NCBI GenBank assembly: GCA_016839555.1
Contig: JAEOUA010000001.1
Location: 160,001-224,000, forward strand
Length of the DNA stretch: 64,000 nt
Source of the DNA: Promethearchaeota archaeon
GTDB taxonomy: Archaea; Asgardarchaeota; Lokiarchaeia; Sigyniarchaeales; SOKP01
Direction of reading: 5' to 3'
Shown here: positions 49,566-60,368 of the stretch, in pieces
How positions within the stretch are numbered: the stretch's first letter is position 1
How the letters are laid out: each line of letters starts with the position of its first letter
Program-made: the position numbers and the translations under genes
The notes under the pieces: generated by a model
Databases searched by the model: none
What the model was told of the DNA's origin: nothing
What the model saw: only the letters and a program-made list of their open reading frames with translations

Positions 49566-49726
49566 ATTAAATTACTCTTATCTTTATCATTCTTTTTTTT
49601 TCTAATGAAGCGAAATTCTTTCTGCTTATAAAAGATGATTTTTAAAACACGAGTTAAAAGTCATAAGCTAAAATTCTAAGCAAAAGGTTCTTATTAATTT
49701 TTCATAAATTTACCAAGAAAATAAGG

Positions 49727-49888
49727 TTAAAATCCAAATATTCTTTTGATTTTATCATAAACCTCTTTAATTTCTCTAAGCTTTTGTTCATTCTCTTGAT
49801 TCAAAAAGTACTCAATCCAATCTGCTAATCCCCCGTTCTCAATCCATTGGAGAAAATATTGTACATCTTGTTTTTCTTCTTCAGACAT
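49727..49888 (-). CDS. Small helical protein (53 aa, below ORF-track cutoff)
   Basis: MSEEEKQDVQYFLQWIENGGLADWIEYFLNQENEQKLREIKEVYDKIKRIFGF*, clean ATG to TAA. Confidence 0.5.
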   Translation of the reverse strand: MSEEEKQDVQYFLQWIENGGLADWIEYFLNQENEQKLREIKEVYDKIKRIFGF

Positions 49889-50184
49889 TTTTTCGATATG
49901 AGTGTTAAATTATGTTAATTCTATAAAATATGCCAGCTTTTAAAAAGGTTTATTATTACAAATATTTAAATACTTATTAATAAAGGTTATAATTAAATAG
50001 AAATCAATATTAATCAAAAAAAATCAACAATTTAAATTAGCAATATAAAAGGTACCTTCCATACAACAAATCACAACCGGTGAAAAATTAATTGCAGCTC
50101 AACAATTAATAAACCAAATCTATATAGACGAAAAATTTTAAAATAGTTAATATAGATATTAACTAACAAAATTTTATTATTGTA

Positions 50185-51046
50185 TTATTGTATTTTTTGA
50201 TATTCTTCATCTTCAATCTCTCTTAATTCTTTAATTTCGGCATCAGATATTTTCAGCAATTCTATAATTCTTAGCTTTATATCTTTCGATAATGAGTCCA
50301 ATGAAAAAAAGTCGAGTTTAAAACAATACTTCAGTAATTCGATATTATTAAAAAAATAATGACCCTTATTAATAAACATATGATAATAATCATGCCAATC
50401 CTCTTCAAAATCTTTAAAATCTTCCACCTTACAGATATAATTACCCTTCGACTTGACAGTAAAATATTCCAAGTTCTGAATTCTTTTTGCAATCTTATTA
50501 ATTTCTTCGAGAGGACGATTTTCTGGAAAATAATCAGTGACTTCAAAAAAAAAACAAAAATATACGCTTCCATTTTTTGGCATAATGACCATATCTTTAC
50601 AATGAACAGACTCCGTAAGGATAAAGTATTTTTCTAGTTGATGGAGCATGCATGGTTTTTTTAAACTTTGATACAAATAATTTACGCATTTTGTTTGAAA
50701 TTTGATTCCATCTTCTTGGCGAAATAAAAAGATTTTCACAATGATGCAGAACAATTTGAGAAAAGCAATTTTTAAGCTCAGAATTTGATAAATTGTCTAA
50801 TCTGGAAAAAATATCTTTATATTTGTCTAAATGGGTTTCAGGAAAAAAAGTATAATATTCTTTCGCAAGAATACTTATCAAATAGGTAATTTCTTTCATA
50901 TATTTTTTCATTTTGAGAAAGAGTGTGCTCAATTCTGAAAACGATTCCGAAACCTCTTTAATATTTTTTTGGGTAATGCATGAAAAAACCTTTTTACTCA
51001 CTTTTCTGAGTGATTTATTCGATTTTAAAGGAGAAATATTTTTCAT
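50185..51046 (-). pseudogene. Probably one disrupted or frameshifted hypothetical gene (two overlapping ORFs)
   Basis: ORFs 50597..51046 and 50185..50754 overlap by 158 nt in different frames; a 10-nt homopolymer lies near 50545-50554. Confidence 0.45.
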
Positions 51047-51360
51047 CTTACTATTTTTTACAATTTTTTCTATATAAAGGAAAAATAAATTCGACTAAAA
51101 AATTATGAATTGAGAGAAAAGGATAAGATCGAATAAGTTTATATTACTCCAGTGCATATATATATACGGCGAACAATCATATGCAATTAATGGGTCGTCA
51201 AAAAAAATATGGTGTCCTTACTTTAATCCCTGGATTTTTGTCTTTTGGTGATCTACTTTATATATAGAAGTATTAAGTAGAAATCTATATTCTCCCTTTC
51301 TTTATATTATGATTGTAAGCGAGGACATCTATTTTTTTTCTCTTTTTATCTTTATTTTCC

Positions 51361-51573
51361 CTAGAGAAATTTTTGGTTTAGGTACTTTTTCTCGGACTTT
51401 TTCTCGGACTCTTTAAATAGAAACACCCCCAATTTGTTTTCAATAGTTTTTATAACCATATGGATATCATCTTTATCGCTCCAATTTGATGACCTAGCAA
51501 TTGCTTTTGGAATTGTAATAAGACTTTGTGATGTATCCTTATAAAATCTATATTTCACTATCTCCCCATTCAT
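51361..51573 (-). CDS. AbrB/MazE-like swapped-hairpin DNA-binding protein
   Basis: SLITIPKAIARSSNWSDKDDI pattern. Confidence 0.65.
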   Translation of the reverse strand: MNGEIVKYRFYKDTSQSLITIPKAIARSSNWSDKDDIHMVIKTIENKLGVFLFKESEKKSEKKYLNQKFL

Positions 51574-51691
51574 TTTTATCTACATTCTATATAGAATCGA
51601 AATATTTAAATATTAAACTATCTGTCAATTATGTGAGGTTAATTAGAACTCATACAAATAGTTGGGTATAAAGTTAGGTTAAGGGAATAAA

Positions 51692-52081
51692 TTGGAAAAA
51701 ATATTTATTGTCGAAGATGACAAATCTTTAAATTCCTTTTATAAAAAAGTTTTAAGATTAAACGGTTTTGAAGTAGTAGGGATAGCAGAGGATGGAGAAG
51801 AAGCAATTTCAATGTTTAAGGCATTCAAAAGTAAACCTCAAGTGATTTTGATGGATCATCATTTACCGAAAAAGAACGGCATAGAAGCTTCAAAAGAAAT
51901 TTTGCAAATAGATCCTAATATAAAAATTATTTTTATTACAGGGGATAAATCAATAGAGGGAGAGGCTTTCGCCTGCGGAGCTTTTTCTTTTTTAGAGAAA
52001 CCATTTACAATCAAATCATTGATACAAACTATCAAGAGAGCTATGAAAAGTTATAACTTACAAAACTATATCAGTCAATAA
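51692..52081 (+). CDS. Single-domain response regulator (CheY-like receiver)
   Basis: IVEDD, ILMDHHLPKKNG (phospho-Asp), ITG, FLEKPF. Confidence 0.93.
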   Translation: MEKIFIVEDDKSLNSFYKKVLRLNGFEVVGIAEDGEEAISMFKAFKSKPQVILMDHHLPKKNGIEASKEILQIDPNIKIIFITGDKSIEGEAFACGAFSFLEKPFTIKSLIQTIKRAMKSYNLQNYISQ

Positions 52082-52794
52082 GAAAAGAATTTTTGCTCTG
52101 TTTTATGAAAGTTCCTTTAAAATAAGGAGTATAAAAGGAGATGCCTTCTCACTCATTCATTTAAAAAAATTCATTTTGCTTTAAAATTTTACATAGATTA
52201 ATAGATGATTTTTATTCATAAGTTAAAACTTTTCGAAACAGAGTTTATTTAAAAAGATAAATATCAAGATGTAAATTAAATGTTTCAATTTTTAACTGAG
52301 TCTTGTTTAAAGATATTTTTGAATTTTCAGAATCACATTTATTTCGATCCCATGGAAAAGGTATGGGTGTGCCATTTGTTGGTCTATATTTAAAAACTCT
52401 GTTAGGAAATTGAATTTTCGCGATGATATTTTTGGGACCAATATTTGTTTTTATTCTAAGATCATTATCTAATGTGTTTGCTATTTCTTTATCAAGACCC
52501 TTATAATTTTATATTTATCTTTTAGGATTTGGATGAAATTACAATTATATTGAAAAATCTGTTTTATAAAGCTTAATTCAGATAAACTAAGTTTTAAATA
52601 AAAATACCAATATATCATAAATATAAAAAGATTGAAGGATGAATTTTTATTAACTGGGAAGAAGTGGAAATATAAAGCAGAAATATGGAAACTTGATTCC
52701 GGAAAATATAATTATAAGATACTTTTAAATCATGAAATAAAAAAAGAAGAATATCAAGAATATTATAAAACCAAAAAGTGTTTAATAAAAAATT

Positions 52795-52867
52795 TATTAA
52801 TGCTAAGATTGCGATCTCTCGAGAAATAGATTTACCAAGTACAAACTATTAATGCTAAGATTGCGAT
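52795..52867 (+). repeat. 21-bp perfect direct repeat with 31-bp spacer
   Basis: TATTAATGCTAAGATTGCGAT at 52795-52815 and 52847-52867. Confidence 0.8.
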
Positions 52868-53661
52868 AATTGAAATTATAGTACCATTACTGAACATCCA
52901 AACAAAAATAGACAATACAAAGTATGGAATAAATGTATTGGTAAAAATCTTCAATTTTTGAGATGAATCTTCATAAAAGTTTTCTCATATGTGAGAAAGA
53001 TAATGATATCCTTTTAGAAATTGACAGAAAAAGATCTTTAAAAATTTGAATTGAAATTCAGATCTGAATCATTAGAACTATATTACAAATTCAAATATTA
53101 AAATTTCTGTGTTATACATTATTTTTGAGAGAAGAGAGCGGAAATTTTTTTTCGTGATATGAAAATAAAAATAGTACAAAGGGAAGGCAATTTTTCGACA
53201 ATATTGGAAGTATTAAATTTGTCTTTCTTTCATTAGAGAAAAATAGGCTAGACCGGTTATTATTTACAATCCCTCCTATAAAAGTCCTTTTCTTACGATC
53301 TTTTGAGAAATTTGAGCAAATTCCATCTTATATTCACTCCCATCCATCACCTTACTTTAGTTTATGGTTCCTTCTTAATTAAAGAAAAAAGAAGAAAAAT
53401 GAAAGATTTTTTACCATCACTTCTAAATATGGAAATGTGAAATCCTCAATTAAAATTTGTTAATTTTTTTTATTGCACACTCATGTACCATCCTTTTGTT
53501 AAGAATATTCTCTCAAATCCTTTATTTCTTAAGGAAATATTTATTCTTAATGCTTGGGTTCACCTCTTTCATTAGTTCTTTCCAATGAGCATATAAATAA
53601 GGAATATAATATTTATCTTTTGATAGTTTCTTATAATGATATATTATTTATATAATATACA

Positions 53662-53755
53662 TTCCCAACCTTCAAGAGAGTTGGATAGGGCTCGGTGCTT
53701 CTATTTCTCATTTTTTTGGAGTCGATAACTTAAGATCTATCCTAAAGGTTGAGAA
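53662..53755 (+). ncRNA. Putative structured RNA (nested hairpin)
   Basis: TTCCCAACCTT/AAGGTTGAGAA outer stem, GGATAGG/TCTATCC middle stem, TCGG..CTTC/GGAGTCGA inner stem; TA-rich promoter-like sequence just upstream. Confidence 0.35.
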
Positions 53756-53861
53756 AAACGCAAAACAAACTTAAGTTTTAATATTATAATTTTTATTAGG
53801 TATATGTAGTTAAATTTATTTTCAAAAAATTTAACAATAAATTTAATAACAGGTGATATAA

Positions 53862-54578
53862 TTGAATTTAAGTTTAATTGAATTTTTTAATGGTTTATTT
53901 AGCCTCTTAACTATATCAATCTGCTTTCTTGTTGGATTGATCATAGTGTTAAAATACTTTCAGTTTAAAAAAATAGAACTGTTATTCATCGGTTTAGCGT
54001 GGATGGGAGTATATCAACCTTGGTGGCCCTCAGCACTAGCATTTGTTCTCGCGTTGTTTAATATCGAAGTAGGACTGGTACTTTATATTTTTATTGGAAA
54101 CATATTTATTTCCCTTTCAGTGTTTTTATGGTTTATGGGTTTCACAGAGTTAATATTAAGCAAAAGGAAAAAACTCATTGTGGGAATCTATACAGCAATA
54201 ACAATATTAATGGACATTTATATTATTTACTTCTTATTTAATGATTATGCGGTAATAGGTCAATTTGAAGGGTTTGCGGATATCAAATATGAACCTCTAA
54301 TGTCGATCTATCTTATGTTTATTAATATTTCATTAGCTGTGTCCGTGAGCATAATGGGAAGAGAATCCTTAAAGTCAAATGAAAAAGATCTTAAAACAAA
54401 AGGTAAATGTTTAATCGCTGCTTCAATTTGTTATTTTTTGGGAGGCATTTTAGATGTAGGTGTGTTTTCAATGATTCCACCGGCACTAATGATATCCAGA
54501 TCGATTTTAATTTCGGGATCAATCCTATTTTATATGGGATTCTTATTACCTGAATTCATTAGAAAGAGGGTTCAATAA
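53862..54578 (+). CDS. Stand-alone 7TM membrane protein (paralog of 18955..19683)
   Basis: About seven hydrophobic helices; PWWP, KTKGKCLIAA, GILD, RSILI, YMGFLLP. Confidence 0.8.
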   Translation: MNLSLIEFFNGLFSLLTISICFLVGLIIVLKYFQFKKIELLFIGLAWMGVYQPWWPSALAFVLALFNIEVGLVLYIFIGNIFISLSVFLWFMGFTELILSKRKKLIVGIYTAITILMDIYIIYFLFNDYAVIGQFEGFADIKYEPLMSIYLMFINISLAVSVSIMGRESLKSNEKDLKTKGKCLIAASICYFLGGILDVGVFSMIPPALMISRSILISGSILFYMGFLLPEFIRKRVQ

Positions 54579-55010
54579 CAAACTCTTTATATTTAAAGTG
54601 TTTGTTTATCATATTAAATGATTATTGCTTTTAAAGGGACTTAAAGGCATATCATCTTGCAGATTGACCTCATTAAATCCTCAGGTATTACCCACAACTA
54701 TATTATTAAAAGTTTTTATAGGTAGTTTTTTATATATATTTTTTGATTTTATGAGTAAATAAAAGATTATGAGATTAATGAATAAAACTTATTTCTATCC
54801 TAAGCCCTTATCTGGCTGGGTCGTTCATAAACATATAGACAAGATTGAATGATTAAAAATTCTCATTGTTTGAATCCTATATAGATACATTTTAAAATAG
54901 GAATCGAATAAATCAATAATAAAAAGTATTATTCTTTAAGAAAGGAGTATATAAAAATAATGCTATTAAAAAAAGTAAAAAAAAAAAATATTTCCAAAAA
55001 ATATAGAATT

Positions 55011-55253
55011 TTATGAATATTTTTCTTCAAATGATTTTAATTTTTTAGTAATTTCGTCTTTAAGTGATCCAACAATTACCTCTTTTCCTTTTTCTTTCAA
55101 ACTTTGAGCGTATTTCATAAAGTTATGTAGCACTGGACCTGAAGGTAATTTGTCTCTTATTTTTTCTATATAACTCCTTAAATCAATACTTTTAATATCC
55201 TCTTCTATTTTATTATAGAGATCTTTGAAAAATTCATATATCTCTGCTTTCAT
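55011..55253 (-). CDS. Helical domain; probably the detached C-terminus of the 55305..57113 protein
   Basis: In frame with upstream ORF, separated by one TAA and a 17-codon open linker. Confidence 0.6.
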   Translation of the reverse strand: MKAEIYEFFKDLYNKIEEDIKSIDLRSYIEKIRDKLPSGPVLHNFMKYAQSLKEKGKEVIVGSLKDEITKKLKSFEEKYS

Positions 55254-55304
55254 TTTGGTTGTAATGGCAGATACAGAATTCTCTGATTCTGGAGTTGCTG
55301 AAAC

Positions 55305-57113
55305 TTATTCATTTTGGGAAATGGCATTCCTCCCCTTAACAATTACATTAGGTTCAGTCCTAGGATATTCCCCGCTTCCTGTGCACGTAAATTTTATCGC
55401 TATGGATTCATTTCCCTCCAATTCGGCAATTTGCGCTGATAATTCAGATTCACTTACTTTAAATTCGAGTTCTTCAGGATGGAGATTTATAACATCAAAC
55501 CCAGGAGGGATTTTATCTTTTACAACAATGTTTTCAAGCTCGACTTTTCCTTCATTCTGAATCCGAATAGATATATCAAATTCTCCTTCAGACGATCCGG
55601 GTCTGATGCTCTTTAGAGTCTTGAGTTTTCTTTTAACGTACTTAATTCTAATTTCTGGTTCTACTTCTGGAGTTTTAATAAATTCCTTACCCTCAATAAC
55701 AGAATTTGCTCCTATTTCAACCTGATTAATATATTTTGTTTCTGGTTTAGGATTTTTGGCTAAAAGAGGATATATCATCTTAAATTGAATATTTGGTTCA
55801 AAATCTTCTGCTAATTTTATTAATTCAATATTTATTCTGTGGGATTTATCAGGACTCATATCTTCAGGAGAAATTTCTAAGTTTTTAGCGTTTTCTTCTC
55901 GATTATGAATCTCAATGGTATCCGTTTTGCCAAATATTCTTAATTTTATATCTTTTATTTTAGGAGGAATAAAATCTTCCGGAAGTTCATCAGTAATTCT
56001 TAAAAAATCTATAGGAGCCGTGCCTTTATTAGTAATTACATTCTCTATTGTCATATCGGTATTAGCATACGCATTCACTTCTGGCGGATTTATTACTTTC
56101 TCAACCTCAGCATTAATCACTTTATAGATTGTTGACTCTTTATCAAGATTACCTTTTACTCTCCTAATTACTTCATATAATGTTGTAAATTCAAAAGAAG
56201 ATTCTAATCTTGGGACATTTTCAGATTCAACTTGAAAATCAAAATCCCATGATTCATCTGGAGCTAGAGTTAAATTAGGTTCTTCTAAGACAATATGTTC
56301 ACTCCCTGTAGGAATTTTTTGATTTACACCAACTTTTTCAAGTTTTACTTCAAATTCAGAATCATTTATAAACTCTACGTTACAATCCCATGTGCCAGGC
56401 GAGGCACTTTCATCTGTGGTAACTCCACTTAATGAATCTGTTAAACCTCTGATTTCAGGGTCCATCATTGTTAATTGATGATCTTTAACTAAGTAAGTAA
56501 CATTGGTAGGCCCAAGTTCTTTTTCTTCAATAGTATTCACAATTATTTTAAAATTCAATTCCAATAGGGCAGTTTCGTTAGCTTCAATAGAATCTATTGA
56601 CCAATTGACAATTGTTTTTTCAGCTTCTTCATTTAACTGAACACTTCCAGTTTCATTAGAGGCTATTTCAACCTTTTCTATAAAATCTGGGAGCGGTCGT
56701 TTCAAGTTAATTTCTGAAATAGGGAGATCCAAGGTATTTTTTAATTTAATAGTTAATTTGCAGAGATTTGGTTCATTATAGAGAAGAACATTATTTAACT
56801 TATCCGGAATTTTTCTATTAGTATCAAAAATTTCTTCCAATTCAAGACAAGATTGTTCCAGATTTTCTATTTTATAAGATTTTTCAAATTTCTTACCTGG
56901 ATTGATTATTCCCATCTCCATTATTTTTTCAATATTAGTGTTCACAATTTCTTTAAGGTCCAAGACTGAGTTCCATAATCTACTTGTTTTTGAAAGATTT
57001 TTAACGGCTATTGTTCCTGAGCCTTTAATTTGTTTTATATTCACAGAACCATTTAATAGAGGCTTTTCTTCATCAGTGATATCAATTTTTATCAAATTTC
57101 TAAATTCTGACAT
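55305..57113 (-). CDS. Acidic cytoplasmic multi-beta-sandwich protein; N-terminal part resembles adaptin mu-homology domain, C-terminal DUF11/Ig-like repeats
   Basis: No signal peptide or TM; IDITDEE..LL...GSGTIAVKN and LTIKLKN....I.L.RPLP...GSV......IVNWSI...A.ETALLEL; ITNKG....ITDELP and IQNEG....VKDKIPPGF repeats. Confidence 0.6.
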   Translation of the reverse strand: MSEFRNLIKIDITDEEKPLLNGSVNIKQIKGSGTIAVKNLSKTSRLWNSVLDLKEIVNTNIEKIMEMGIINPGKKFEKSYKIENLEQSCLELEEIFDTNRKIPDKLNNVLLYNEPNLCKLTIKLKNTLDLPISEINLKRPLPDFIEKVEIASNETGSVQLNEEAEKTIVNWSIDSIEANETALLELNFKIIVNTIEEKELGPTNVTYLVKDHQLTMMDPEIRGLTDSLSGVTTDESASPGTWDCNVEFINDSEFEVKLEKVGVNQKIPTGSEHIVLEEPNLTLAPDESWDFDFQVESENVPRLESSFEFTTLYEVIRRVKGNLDKESTIYKVINAEVEKVINPPEVNAYANTDMTIENVITNKGTAPIDFLRITDELPEDFIPPKIKDIKLRIFGKTDTIEIHNREENAKNLEISPEDMSPDKSHRINIELIKLAEDFEPNIQFKMIYPLLAKNPKPETKYINQVEIGANSVIEGKEFIKTPEVEPEIRIKYVKRKLKTLKSIRPGSSEGEFDISIRIQNEGKVELENIVVKDKIPPGFDVINLHPEELEFKVSESELSAQIAELEGNESIAIKFTCTGSGEYPRTEPNVIVKGRNAISQNE

Positions 57114-57204
57114 TTTAAATTCTATACCAATTTATGGTTAAGTTAAATTTTTTATATACTTGCTAATCAAAAAATATATAAAAATCTTAAATTAAAAGCT
57201 TTAG

Positions 57205-57426
57205 TATCTAAAAAATCTCTCGAAAGTTCAAGAAATTGAAAGGGAGACAGAAATGGGCTTTACGGTAGCGGGTAAAAGAGTTACCGGAATCGGACTTTAT
57301 AGTTGTGATTTGAAGATTTTCCCAAAAGCAATAACCAATCTAAAATCACTCAAGCAGCTAATTTTAGCGCGTAATAATATTTCGACTCTCCCCAAATCAA
57401 TAAGCAATCTTACATCACTCGAATAA
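57205..57426 (+). pseudogene. Leucine-rich repeat protein remnant
   Basis: ...MGFTVAGKRVTGIGLYSCDLKIFPKAITNLKSLKQLILARNNISTLPKSISNLTSLE*: LxxLxLxxNxIxxLPxxIxxL repeat cut by a stop in mid repeat. Confidence 0.75.
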
Positions 57427-58061
57427 GGCAATAAAAAATGGGAAAGATTCTCCTATTAAAGAATGGGAAATTAAAAAATTAGAAAGAAAAATTGAAGATT
57501 TAGAAAATCAAAAGCAAAAACTTAAAAAAATTTGTCAAAATAATAATATTATAATTCCAATTGATTTGTATTGAATAAAATATTACTTAGCTAAATCTAT
57601 TACCGAATTATTATTAAGAGTAGGATATATAATCGATTCCCATTTTTCTTTCGGCCAGTAATATAAATAAAGCTGAATTGAAGGCTCTTTCTTTAACTCT
57701 TCATTTAGTTCTTCAAATGCTTTTTTCTGGTTTTTAATTGTTGAGGCTTTGCTAATATTCCATCTAATAATTAGCAATTCGTAAAGTTTTTCTTTGGTTT
57801 TTTGATGTATTTTAAAAATTTTTATTTTTTCCCAAAGAATTTAATTGCTGATGAATTTTGTTAGTAAGAAAGATTTCAGAATAAAATACTCCCTTCTTGG
57901 AATAAAATCCCCTGATAATATGATTTTTTAATACATTATGTATAAATAAACACCCTCATTAATTAGCAAATAAGGACTTTTAAATAGAACAATTATAATA
58001 TTTTAATATAGAAAATGTAAGAGATAGTATTATTGAAACGCTTAAGTTTTAAAAATTATAT

Positions 58062-58481
58062 ATGTATGTTAAATGGTTAGATATAAAGCATAAAAATGAA
58101 GGAAAGAGAGAAATTTCTATAGCAGACCTTTTTCCAATATTTATTTTCAATTTTATGACATCAATACTGTTTTTTTTTATGCTAATTTTATTATACGCTT
58201 TAATTTGTACTGATCTTGGTCTAATTAATGATGGTCTTTATGAGCTAAACAAATATCTTTCATTTATTCCGCTTATACTTCCTAATAATGATAAATTTCC
58301 TAAACCAATTATCATTTTTAGATTATTAGATAAATTCAATTTTAATCCTATAATTTTAGGGGCTCTAATCATCAATCAGATATGTTCTTATCTTGTTTGT
58401 AATGTACTAATGGATTATAATAATATACAAGCATCCCATAAATATGGTATTATAACTTTAATAATAAACTCAATTTTATAG
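58062..58481 (+). CDS. Hypothetical membrane protein, possibly truncated
   Basis: Hydrophobic segments; hydrophobic codons continue in frame past the TAG stop. Confidence 0.45.
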   Translation: MYVKWLDIKHKNEGKREISIADLFPIFIFNFMTSILFFFMLILLYALICTDLGLINDGLYELNKYLSFIPLILPNNDKFPKPIIIFRLLDKFNFNPIILGALIINQICSYLVCNVLMDYNNIQASHKYGIITLIINSIL

Positions 58482-59268
58482 TTTTTAACGCCATTTAGCT
58501 TAACTATTTCACTATTTTTCTACAATTTAACTTATGTAATTGTTTTGAGAGTTTCAAGAATTGAAATAAGAATAGATAGTAACTAAAATATTAAGAATGA
58601 AAATTTTAATTAAAATTCCCTCATCTATAAGTTTATATTTTTTAAAAAATCTAAAAAATATAGAGACAAACGGAAAAGGTATTAAAGACTGCTAAATGAA
58701 TACTTATTATTGGTTTTGCATTTAAAAATCCCTATGATGAAATAATAAATTATTTATTAAGAACGAATATAAAGGAGAACAGTGAAATATTAATAACAAA
58801 TCTTTTTCCAAATGAGAAAATAATTAACGAATTATTACCCGATTGTAACATTTCTTATTACAATCCAGTAGAAAAATCCGATCTTGAATTTAATAACTGA
58901 ATTATCTCTTTCTCAAATTTTTTAACCTAATTATTTTTTATCAAATTTATCCTTTAGTTCTTTTAATGTAGCGTATATCTCGGAATTATCCAAAATTAAA
59001 TCGAACCATTTCCCCCGTCTCATATTCTTAAAAGAGTAAATAATATCGTTCCAAAAAATCGTCTCAGAGCTGAATAAGTTGATTTCTTAAGGCAGAGTTT
59101 ACTTTATATCATTGGTTTTATATATGCTATATTTTTTCATATTATTAATTTTTCGCTTCTTAAGGTAAGAACGTCCTTCTGGTTCGATAACCTTCACTTC
59201 ATGTTCTCTTAATACAGTACGAAATAAATCTTGAAAAACAAAAAATTCTTTTACGGGAATTCTCTGAT

Positions 59269-59811
59269 TTATTTTTTATCTTTCTTTTTAAACAATTTTT
59301 TCAATGAACTTATCAAGCCTTCCTCCTTTTTATGCCGCTCCTTCTTTTCAACTTTTATATCTCCCTCTCTCTCTTTTCTTTTTCGTTGGAGGATATAATA
59401 GCACCTATTTTTACCGGATGTTAATATACATTCTTTTATATCAATATTATAGGAATACTCATGGTTCATCTCATTAAGAAATCCGATTGTGTATGGTAAG
59501 CATATGGATTGTTGGATAAGATCCTTCTTTGAGGGATTTAATTCACCACCTATTGGACAAAAATCTTCTTTATATAGGATTTTAATTTCAAATTCATTTT
59601 TTTTTACTTCTCTGATTTCGGGAGAGGCAGTAAGCACTTCATAACTTCTATGAAGCCCTGATTGAATATCATTTATACCTTTTTCTTTATAGACCGTCGC
59701 TAATTTTGCCCCTAAACCGGATGAGATTGACTTTGGAAGATTTTCCCCGCCAATTTCTATCAATTCTGAGATATACGCTTGGAAAAATTTTAACGCATCT
59801 TGTGTGGGCAT
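59269..59811 (-). CDS. V4R/Bet3-like (methanogen output-type) domain protein with charged tail
   Basis: LGAKLA helix, FCPIGG, ICLPYTIGFL, ECIL..G...CYY. Confidence 0.65.
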   Translation of the reverse strand: MPTQDALKFFQAYISELIEIGGENLPKSISSGLGAKLATVYKEKGINDIQSGLHRSYEVLTASPEIREVKKNEFEIKILYKEDFCPIGGELNPSKKDLIQQSICLPYTIGFLNEMNHEYSYNIDIKECILTSGKNRCYYILQRKRKEREGDIKVEKKERHKKEEGLISSLKKLFKKKDKK

Positions 59812-60368
59812 CTAACTAACACCTTTTTAGAAATTCCTATAGGATATATGAAATTTTATATACTTAAATTTTTTTATTTTATTTATAAAAAAGGTTTCGC
59901 ATCAATCCCTCGCCATTAATTTCTTTATGCTGATTTGATTTAAAAAAGAAGATTGAATAATTCATGAATATATGAAAATTAACTTTTGATAAAAATTAAC
60001 CAAAATTTAGATCAATAAATGATTTTATATATAATACAGAAATAGAATATTTCTTGAATATAATATAATAAAGAAAAAGATTAAAATACTTATCTAGATC
60101 TCATATTAATATCCATTATATTTCCAAATTTAATATCCCCCTTATAAAGCTCTATTTCACCGATATATCTCATAAATTTCATCATCGCTTTCTTCAACCC
60201 ATTCCATACTTGGAGAGTTAAAATTTATTTTCAATCTTTCTATGGTTTAATTATTAAAATTTATTTTTAATATTGCACAGTTATTAGAATATCATACTAA
60301 GATTTTTTATCTTAGATTGCTTTATAAATAGTGGAATTCATAACAATTATCAAGGTGGATATTTTAAT

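Noticed and set aside
52795-52867. Repeat-spacer-repeat as a mini CRISPR array
   Set aside because: Only two 21-bp copies, no palindrome or ATTGAAA-type end, no cas genes in window
53400-53590. Possible HNH nuclease remnant on minus strand
   Set aside because: Too many stops; similarity too weak to support by eye
55225-57141. Plus-strand ORFs 55225..55560, 55915..56127, 56902..57141
   Set aside because: Antisense to the 602-aa gene and its in-frame extension
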